DNA of 29,274 nt, from assembly GCA_020428265.1 (NCBI GenBank), contig JAGQND010000001.1, forward strand, positions 1 through 29,274, read 5' to 3'. The position numbers were made by a program, and so were the translations under genes. Source of the stretch: Candidatus Saccharimonadota bacterium (GTDB lineage Bacteria; Patescibacteriota; Saccharimonadia; Saccharimonadales; Saccharimonadaceae). The notes beneath the pieces were generated by a model that worked only from the letters and a program-made list of their open reading frames with translations, made no database searches and was not told the origin of the DNA. Below, piece after piece: positions 1 through 7,457 of this stretch (the stretch's first letter is position 1; each line of letters begins with the position of its first letter).

Positions 1-310
1 GGTTCTGTATTTTTTGAACGTTATCGTTGTCTAGCTTTATTATTTTTGAGTTTGTTGTAGTTACATCAACAATTTTGACAGACTGATTACCAAGAATCTG
101 CTTGGTTACGAGGTCCTGGAGCCCTAGACCGAAAGATAGCAGGAAGAAAATTGACCCAATGCCCACTACTACTCCGGACAAAGTAAGGAGCGTACGTAGT
201 TTTTTGGTAATGAGGTTGCGCCAAGCAAGGTGGAATAAAATCCTATTATGAATTGCTGAGTATTTACGCGTTGGTAATATTTTTATAACTGATTTAAGCT
301 TCTCACGCAC
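1..310 (-). CDS. MacB/FtsX-family ABC transporter permease, N-terminal part (runs off the window)
   Basis: Manual translation from GTG at 310: MREKLKSVIK...LAWRNLITKKLRTLLTLSGVVVGIGSIFFLLSFGLG..., the typical MacB N-terminal 'RNL...K.RT.LT..G+.+G+' helix. Overlaps the ATPase stop by 8 nt (GTGCGTGA). Open to position 1. Confidence 0.85.
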   Translation of the reverse strand, partial: MREKLKSVIKILPTRKYSAIHNRILFHLAWRNLITKKLRTLLTLSGVVVGIGSIFFLLSFGLGLQDLVTKQILGNQSVKIVDVTTTNSKIIKLDNDNVQKIQN

Positions 311-1094
311 TCGTTTGTACCTCCGTTAGTGCATCTATGCGATTTTTTAGGTCGCGCATCATTTTGTTAGTTGTCTCACGAATTTGTCCTGATTGCATTT
401 CCTCGACGTTTCCATCGACGATGTGAATTAGCTTTTCGGCATATGGTAGATATTCCATGTTGTGAGTGACTAATATAACCGTACGACAGCTATCGATATT
501 GCACGACTGCAAAAGTCCCATTATGAAGCCACCGTTTTTGCTGTCGAGGGCGCCAGTGGGTTCGTCGGCGATTAAAAACGCTGGGTCATTAACCAGTGCA
601 CGGGCTACGGCAACGCGCTGTTGCTCACCACCAGACAATAGAAATGGTAGTTTTTTGGCATAGGTTTGCATGCCAACTGTTTCGAGAGCCTCGCGGGCCT
701 TCTTTTCGGCAGCCGCGCGTGTGTATCCAAAAAAATACAGTGGCATACATACGTTTTCCAGAACAGTAAGGCTTTTAATCCAGTAGTTAGATTGATATAC
801 GAAACCTAGTTCATTGGCACGAAAAGCCGCTAGTTCGTCTGGGGATAGGTCATAGAGGTTTTGGCCTTTAAAAGTCATCTTGCCGTTGGTTGGTTTTTGG
901 AGTCCACTAAGAACATTCAATAGTGTTGATTTACCACTACCAGACGCACCGTAAATTATATTGAAAGTCTGCTCATTGACTGTAAAGGACGCGTCTTTAA
1001 GCGGGGTAGCAGTCTCGTCACCGGCAACGAACGACACTTCGATATTTGAAGCTGTGATAAGTGGTTTGGATTTATCTCCTTTAGTTGGTTTCAT
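303..1094 (-). CDS. ABC transporter ATP-binding protein (LolD/MacB type)
   Basis: Walker A GASGSGKST, Q-loop FVYQ, signature LSGGEQQRVAVARAL, Walker B LIADEPTGALD, H-loop VTHN. Confidence 0.95.
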   Translation of the reverse strand: MKPTKGDKSKPLITASNIEVSFVAGDETATPLKDASFTVNEQTFNIIYGASGSGKSTLLNVLSGLQKPTNGKMTFKGQNLYDLSPDELAAFRANELGFVYQSNYWIKSLTVLENVCMPLYFFGYTRAAAEKKAREALETVGMQTYAKKLPFLLSGGEQQRVAVARALVNDPAFLIADEPTGALDSKNGGFIMGLLQSCNIDSCRTVILVTHNMEYLPYAEKLIHIVDGNVEEMQSGQIRETTNKMMRDLKNRIDALTEVQTSA

Positions 1095-1096
1095 GT

Positions 1097-4000
1097 TTAG
1101 AATCCAAAAATTCCTTTTAGTGTGTTGAATATTACGGTTAGAATACTATCTGAAGCACGTCCGATGATTGCTGATTGTGATTCGCCTGTACCAGCGTTTA
1201 GGGTCTTATCACGGCTGATAGGTTGAACGCTATACACCTTGCTGGTGGGTAGGTCGGAAATAATCACAACGTGCTCAGTGCTTAGTCCAGTGTCTTCGGC
1301 GGATTTGTTAGGGAAGACTGTTATGTTTGAACCTTCCCCATAGGCAACCTGACTAGTTGCGGGCTCGTCGGTGTGCCAGCTCACGACTATTTGACCACGA
1401 GCCTCGGCGCCAACGCCACGAATGGTTGGTTCGACGGTTATTTCAGTTATAATTGGTGGTCGTGTGTCGAGCGCGGTGTGGAATGATTGGGTATCTGACG
1501 TCGCTAGGTTTCCCTCGCCGTCACGTGACTGTGCGATTAGGTTATACTGGCTGTCATCTTCTAGTCCACGGATGGTTATAACGTGGTGCGTTTCTAGGTC
1601 TGATTTTGATGAATCTACAAAACTTGAACCAACTTTGCCGTAACTAACGACTGATGTGGACGGAACGTTTGTGTCCCACGATACTTCTTGGGTACTAGTC
1701 GGCTCGCCGATTACGGGCTGGAATTTGAGATTGCTGATATGTGGACGGGCAGGGGTAGAGAATGAGAATATATTACCGTCATATTTATTACCGTCGACAT
1801 CGTAGGAAATTAACTTATAGAAGTACTTAGTGCCATCGTCAAGACCTGGCAGGTCGATTGAATAGGTTGATTCTGACAGGGCTGTGTTTACGGACTGGAT
1901 GCCACCAAACGCCTCTGACTTTCCGAATAACAAATCGATTTTAGATGCGTTCGATGACGTGAATTTAACTGTCGCACCATTTAGTGTTATGCGTGGAGTG
2001 GTGACTTCCTTGAGTGTTGGTGCGGGTGCGGTAGTAAAGGTGTATTCCTGGCTGGTTCCAGTATTGCCGTCTTCGTCGGTCCATTTCGCCACGTAGTAAT
2101 ATGTAGTGCCAGCTGCAAGGTTATCTAGGTCTATGACATGGGAACTAACTTGGTTAGAGTTGCCTACCTCTGATGCCGCGTAGTGTCCACTTGTTGTTCC
2201 TAGTGCTATTTTTGAGTCGCTACTTCGATCGGTACTCCATGATAGGGTGGCTTTTTTGGTGGTGACGTTGCTAACGGCAGGCTCTGCGACCATGAGGGCA
2301 GGCGATGTGAATTTACCAGTTGGGAATCCGTGAACAATAGTGCTGTCTGCGCTACAATTGTTGGTGTTGTCGCAGGCTTTTACGCGGTAATAGTATACCT
2401 GCTGCGATAAGTTTGCATCAATATACGTGGTACTGCTACTACTCCCCACAAATGCCCAGCCTGTAGTGCCGTCGAGCGATCGCTCTAATTTATAGCTAGC
2501 TATACCACCGCCTATGTCATCGGGCTGCTCCCAGGTCAGTGCTAGTCGCCAGTTGTTGGTTGACTTTACAGATACGTCTACTACGTCAGTGTTTTTAGGT
2601 ATGCCAGGTGCTGTTGTGTTGGCAGAGAACGCAACTGAAGCGAAGCTGCTGTAGTTGATGTTATTTGATTCATCTTTGGCTACTAGATACAGAACATTCA
2701 CACCGTGCTGTGTGGCGTATGGGCCAGACGGGAGGTTGGTCGCACCAGCGCTAGTGTAATTGCAAGTGCCTTCGCTCGGTAGGGTGTTTACAGTGTAGCA
2801 GTATGTCAGATTTGCGGCATCACCCACAAACGAAGCGGGGCGTGACCAGGAAAATCCAAATGAATTGGCGGTGTTTACTGCAGGGCTTACCGATAGGCTT
2901 TGTGGTTCCGACGGTGAGCCGTTGGTGTTGATTTTTAGGACGGCTGTAGCGAGAGTTGAGCTTACGTTGCCAGCGTTATCCCAGGTACGGAAGTAAATAT
3001 TATTTATTCCTTCCTGTAAGTTGTCGAAGTCAGGACTTGGAATCATGGTGTAGTTGCCACTGTTTGGTAGGAGGTCTGACATGCTGCCAGTGCCGTCGTG
3101 CGAAGCACCGTACCATGTTCCGCCAGAGCCTATTTTGTATTGCAAGCCGGCTAGCCCTGACTGGGCGTCACTTGGTGCACTAGGCCCAGACGTTAGCCAA
3201 GTGAGGGTAGCGGCTTTGTTTTTAATGAAACCTGAAGGTGCGGTAATGAACGCTGGGTTTTCTGGTGGGGTGTTGTCGAACTTGAAGCTGAATTGAGCTG
3301 TGGTTGCGCCTACGTTTCCGGCGTTATCAATAGCCGCAATGCGTAGGTAATAAGTGCTATTACTTGTTGCAAGTGGGGTAGACAGTAAGCCGCTTTGTGA
3401 TAGGTCTAGTTCGGTACCGCTGACTATAAACTGACAATGATTGCCAGTTGGCACTGGCGAGGTTCCTAGAAGACCTTTCGTTGTGGTTACGTCGGCTGTG
3501 TTGTCGGTACCTAGGTATGCGCAGTAAGAGTTCACTCCAGACTCGCTATCTGTACCTGCAGTCCATGTGAAATCAGGGGATCCGCCGTTAGTCCAGCTGC
3601 CATTAGCAACACTACTGCCGCTTTTGGCTTTAAACATTTGAATGGAGCTTGGCGGCGTGGCAGGCGGCGTGGTGTCGGCAGTAGATGTGACGGAAACACT
3701 AGTGAGTTCGACTAATTGGTTGCCGTCGCCAGTAAGTACGGCCTGCCATTTGAGACCGCTGAAAGTTACCGGTAGGGTGGCGATGTGTGCGTTGATATCG
3801 GCGGTGTTGTTTGAGTGGGTTATGTCGGTAGATTCTGCCCAGGTTGTGCCATTCCAATATAGCCATTTAGTTCCGTCATCAACTGAGAACCGGTAAGTTA
3901 TACTACCGCCATTGGTGTTTTCGATGGGGCTAAATGTTTTCCATTGCCATGCGTGTGTTGCCGGGAGGGCTGTGTTTAAGGTTAGTGTGCGTGAGCCGAT

Positions 4001-7000
4001 GTAATATGGTTTCGTAGTTAGGTCGCTTCGGGCAACATCACTAACACGTACCTCATCTAAGAGTCCATCAAACACACCAGGGGCCTTGCCGGCCTCGCGA
4101 CCACCATAAGATGTACCGATTAGCAGCGGACGATTACCGTCTGGTATGGTTATGGATTTATTGACTTGGTTGTTCTGGACGCCGTCGATGAAAAGCTTAG
4201 CGGTAGTGCCGTTGTATGTAGCGGCTATGTGGTGCCAGTTAGTGTCGAAGCTTGACTGTGCTGACTCAAGATAGAGGTTGTCACCCCAGGACCAGATACG
4301 ATTATCAGCATTTGCGGTAAGCCCTGTGCCGACGTATAGCCTGCCCTTATATGGACTGAACGCGGCTACTTCTTCAATTGCTGAAGTCCAACCACCATTC
4401 ATGCCGTTACCACCAATTTGCTCCCATGTGCCGTTGTGGTATCGCCACACGTCACCGTAGCCGGTTGCACTACCCAGGCCAGCATAGAGGTCACCGTTAT
4501 AAACTGCCATGGTTTTGACACGATTACGACTGGTTGCTGGCCAGCTGGAATTAACTCCGTCACCACCTATCTGTACCCAATTTGTGCCGTTATATTCCCA
4601 CACGTTAGCGGCACCTAGCGCAGTACCTAGCCCAGCATAGAGCTTTCCATTATATGGAGTTAAACTCTCAACTGTAGCTGCTAACCCTGAGGCCCAACTA
4701 CCCCTAATTCCATTACCTGCAATTTGCGTCCAGCTCGTGCCGTTATATTCCCACACCAGACTGTCGTTGAGTGAATCACCTAAGCCTGCGTAGAGCTTGC
4801 CGTTTAAAATTGCCATGGACCGTACGGTTTCTAGACTACCTGCAACGTTGTTCCAGCTACCTTTTATGCTTGCGCCACCTGCAATTTGCGTCCAGCTCGT
4901 GCCGTTATATTGCCAAACTTCACCAGCGCGTGTTCCGGTTCCCAAACCAGCGTACAGATAATTAGAATCTGCGGCCATAGACACAACCGTTCCGTATCTG
5001 TTAGCAATAAATGGCCAGCTGTTGTTGAGTCCAGCGCCACCTATTTTTGACCACGTAGATCCATCCCACTTCCACACCTCAGCGTCATTATTTGTGGTGT
5101 TCTGCGTGGTACCAAGACCAACATATAAATTACCACCGTAGCTAGCCATACTATACACGCCTTCGTATTTGTCGGCTTGCCAGCTGTTTTTGTATCCAAA
5201 TCCGCCAATTAACTGCCACGACGAACCGTCGAATCTAAACACTCCAGCGTCGCCCACCGTGTTGCCCATGCCGGCATATAGGTAGCCGCCCTGCGCCTGC
5301 ATAACTTGAACTTCCTCGAACCTTGTGTATCCCCAGCTACCGTTTAGATAGTTGCCGCCGATGCGCGTCCAGTTGGTACCATCATAAGTGTATTCGGTAC
5401 CAAATCCGTTAGCATCGTACAGCCCGGTGTAAAGTTTGCTGTCGGCGAAGAGTAGGCTATAAACTATATCGCCATAGCCCACAGGGTAGTCGTTGCTGCC
5501 ACCCGTACCACCAATTTGTGTCCACGTCGAACCATTCCATTTGTAGATTTTTCCTTTACCGTTATTATATCCGGTACCGACATATATGTTAGTACCGTCG
5601 GATTCCAGTGAGTAGATAGCTTCAAGTGTAGCGGGCCAGCCGTTTAGTCCTGCGCCACCTATTTTAGTCCACGCGGTTCCGTTCCAGCTCCACACTTCGG
5701 CGTCGCCAGAACTGTTACCCGTGCCGGCGTAAAGTTTACCATTTGCATATTTAATTGCATAAACCATTTCGTATTTACTAGCAGCCCAGCCGCTGTTTAG
5801 GCCATCGCCACCAATTTGCGTCCAGGTGCTAGCACCATTCCAGCGCCACACATCGCCGTCGCCAGCGTTGAGTCCCATACCCATGTATAAATTAGTACCG
5901 TCGTCGTCGATTGAATATACGTTTTCGTAGCCTGCTGGTATCGTACCAGGTACGGTGTTGCCGGCTACTAATGTCCATGTTGAACCATCCCATTTCCATA
6001 GCTGACCATAGTTAGTGCTACCACGAACTCCCGCATATAATGTCCCTTTAAAGAAGTGCAGTACATTCACATTGGTGGTTCCAACTGGGTTCCAACTACC
6101 GTTTAGCAAATCTCCACCTATTTTGCTCCAGGTACTGCCATTCCATTTCCACACCTCGGCGTCGCCGTAGGATTTTCCTAGGCCTGCATATATATTAGTG
6201 CCATCTGTTGCAAGAGTATTAACCACTTCGTAGGTATTGGCGTCCCAACCGTTATTTAGTGTTGGGTAGCCACCACCAATTTGCGTCCAGTCTGTACCAT
6301 TCCATTTCCACACTTCGGCATCACCTACGTCTATACCAGTACCTATGTATATATCAGAGCCCATTTTAACCTGCGACATGACGCCACGTTTACCATTGTC
6401 GTCCCAGCCGCCGTTAGGTGAGCTACTACCACCAGCCGATAATGTCCAGGTGTTGGCATTTTGGTTAGCTAGTTCGTACACAACCTTGCCGGTTTCGTTG
6501 TCGTAGTAGAGCTGGTAGTCGCCCCTGTCCAAGATTGGCCGGCGTTGAGCATCGCTGTTTGAATTGAAGTTGTGGTTAAGTTTGGTCCATGATTCTAATG
6601 TGTTGGACTGCGAAAGCGCGAGTGAGCTACTGCTTGGTGTTGCGGCTCGAGAATCGGTACCGTTGAATGACAATGCGTTGTTTAGCCTACCGAACATAAA
6701 TGAAGTGTTTGACAGGGTAGAAGTGTTGGCATTAAGAGAACTATCGGCTGTTGTTGAGCCGCTTGTTTCATCGAAATGGTAAAGCGCGCGCGTGTTGGTG
6801 TCGGATAAGTAGTTTTGTGGTGAAAATTTTGCAGAATTTGCTACGACAGACACGCCGTCCTGTGCGGTGTAGTCAGATTGGTTAGTGAAATCCCATGTGG
6901 TTGTGATGTCTGACGCAGCTCGTGCCGCCTGGTAAGCACCAAAAACCACAACACCGACTACCAGTAAATATGCAGATAGGACACCAGTGTGTATAAGACT

Positions 7001-7273
7001 GTGGTATTTTTTACTATGCCATTTGCTATACCACGAATATTTGGCGGTTAACTTTTCATGGGGTCGTTTAGCTATTTTAGTATGAGTCTTTTTTACAACG
7101 ATTTTGGTTACTTTAGCCGTTTTTAGTACAGGCTTTGCGGACTTAAATGCAGCTGATTTTATGTGAGGTTTTGCGCGACTAGCAATAGCTGAGGTATGTT
7201 TAACTACCTCCGTTTTTACCCTCTTAATATTTATATTTCTCTTCTGGGTCATATGGTCAATTCGCACCCTCAC
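1097..7273 (-). CDS. Giant membrane-anchored surface protein: K-rich tail, TM helix, split LamG domain containing 14 W-rich propeller repeats, then Ig/FN3-like repeats
   Basis: 2058-aa ORF. TM segment GVLSAYLLVVGVVVFGAY; LamG motifs ALYHFDETSG, ALSFNG, TLESW, WHHIAATYNG, LFIDG, FDGLLDEVRVS; 14 repeats of ~51 aa (W[TS]QIGG...LYAG.G...VW.WNG); FN3-like units (TLSWST, YYYVAKWTD, LEDDSQYNL). The start may be the ATG at 7252. Confidence 0.85.
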   Translation of the reverse strand: MRVRIDHMTQKRNINIKRVKTEVVKHTSAIASRAKPHIKSAAFKSAKPVLKTAKVTKIVVKKTHTKIAKRPHEKLTAKYSWYSKWHSKKYHSLIHTGVLSAYLLVVGVVVFGAYQAARAASDITTTWDFTNQSDYTAQDGVSVVANSAKFSPQNYLSDTNTRALYHFDETSGSTTADSSLNANTSTLSNTSFMFGRLNNALSFNGTDSRAATPSSSSLALSQSNTLESWTKLNHNFNSNSDAQRRPILDRGDYQLYYDNETGKVVYELANQNANTWTLSAGGSSSPNGGWDDNGKRGVMSQVKMGSDIYIGTGIDVGDAEVWKWNGTDWTQIGGGYPTLNNGWDANTYEVVNTLATDGTNIYAGLGKSYGDAEVWKWNGSTWSKIGGDLLNGSWNPVGTTNVNVLHFFKGTLYAGVRGSTNYGQLWKWDGSTWTLVAGNTVPGTIPAGYENVYSIDDDGTNLYMGMGLNAGDGDVWRWNGASTWTQIGGDGLNSGWAASKYEMVYAIKYANGKLYAGTGNSSGDAEVWSWNGTAWTKIGGAGLNGWPATLEAIYSLESDGTNIYVGTGYNNGKGKIYKWNGSTWTQIGGTGGSNDYPVGYGDIVYSLLFADSKLYTGLYDANGFGTEYTYDGTNWTRIGGNYLNGSWGYTRFEEVQVMQAQGGYLYAGMGNTVGDAGVFRFDGSSWQLIGGFGYKNSWQADKYEGVYSMASYGGNLYVGLGTTQNTTNNDAEVWKWDGSTWSKIGGAGLNNSWPFIANRYGTVVSMAADSNYLYAGLGTGTRAGEVWQYNGTSWTQIAGGASIKGSWNNVAGSLETVRSMAILNGKLYAGLGDSLNDSLVWEYNGTSWTQIAGNGIRGSWASGLAATVESLTPYNGKLYAGLGTALGAANVWEYNGTNWVQIGGDGVNSSWPATSRNRVKTMAVYNGDLYAGLGSATGYGDVWRYHNGTWEQIGGNGMNGGWTSAIEEVAAFSPYKGRLYVGTGLTANADNRIWSWGDNLYLESAQSSFDTNWHHIAATYNGTTAKLFIDGVQNNQVNKSITIPDGNRPLLIGTSYGGREAGKAPGVFDGLLDEVRVSDVARSDLTTKPYYIGSRTLTLNTALPATHAWQWKTFSPIENTNGGSITYRFSVDDGTKWLYWNGTTWAESTDITHSNNTADINAHIATLPVTFSGLKWQAVLTGDGNQLVELTSVSVTSTADTTPPATPPSSIQMFKAKSGSSVANGSWTNGGSPDFTWTAGTDSESGVNSYCAYLGTDNTADVTTTKGLLGTSPVPTGNHCQFIVSGTELDLSQSGLLSTPLATSNSTYYLRIAAIDNAGNVGATTAQFSFKFDNTPPENPAFITAPSGFIKNKAATLTWLTSGPSAPSDAQSGLAGLQYKIGSGGTWYGASHDGTGSMSDLLPNSGNYTMIPSPDFDNLQEGINNIYFRTWDNAGNVSSTLATAVLKINTNGSPSEPQSLSVSPAVNTANSFGFSWSRPASFVGDAANLTYCYTVNTLPSEGTCNYTSAGATNLPSGPYATQHGVNVLYLVAKDESNNINYSSFASVAFSANTTAPGIPKNTDVVDVSVKSTNNWRLALTWEQPDDIGGGIASYKLERSLDGTTGWAFVGSSSSTTYIDANLSQQVYYYRVKACDNTNNCSADSTIVHGFPTGKFTSPALMVAEPAVSNVTTKKATLSWSTDRSSDSKIALGTTSGHYAASEVGNSNQVSSHVIDLDNLAAGTTYYYVAKWTDEDGNTGTSQEYTFTTAPAPTLKEVTTPRITLNGATVKFTSSNASKIDLLFGKSEAFGGIQSVNTALSESTYSIDLPGLDDGTKYFYKLISYDVDGNKYDGNIFSFSTPARPHISNLKFQPVIGEPTSTQEVSWDTNVPSTSVVSYGKVGSSFVDSSKSDLETHHVITIRGLEDDSQYNLIAQSRDGEGNLATSDTQSFHTALDTRPPIITEITVEPTIRGVGAEARGQIVVSWHTDEPATSQVAYGEGSNITVFPNKSAEDTGLSTEHVVIISDLPTSKVYSVQPISRDKTLNAGTGESQSAIIGRASDSILTVIFNTLKGIFGF

Positions 7274-7286
7274 TCAGGTCTAATAC

Positions 7287-7295
7287 AGAATAGCA
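7287..7295 (-). promoter_or_regulatory. Extended -10 element (TG-C-TATTCT) upstream of the giant surface gene
   Basis: Reverse complement reads TGCTATTCT, 13 nt upstream of GTG 7273. Confidence 0.4.
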
Positions 7296-7457
7296 TAAGT
7301 GGTATTAAGACACAATAACGCTTAGCGGACTTAAATTGGACTGAATAATTTGGATATTGTTAAAAATAAGGGTGTTTAGTGGTGAAAATTAACACAAATA
7401 CATGTATAGTAAAAGTAAATAACAAATGGTGGGCGCAACGACTTAAGGGAGATAAGT

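Noticed and set aside
4281-6451. CRISPR array or DGR template/variable repeat within the repeated region
   Set aside because: The repeats are in-frame protein repeats with synonymous divergence. There is no constant repeat/unique spacer pattern, no adenine-specific mismatch pattern and no reverse transcriptase in the window.
466-6782. Short + strand ORFs (60-84 aa) opposite the ABC ATPase and the giant gene
   Set aside because: Fully overlapped by well-supported - strand genes, with no motifs or translation signals.
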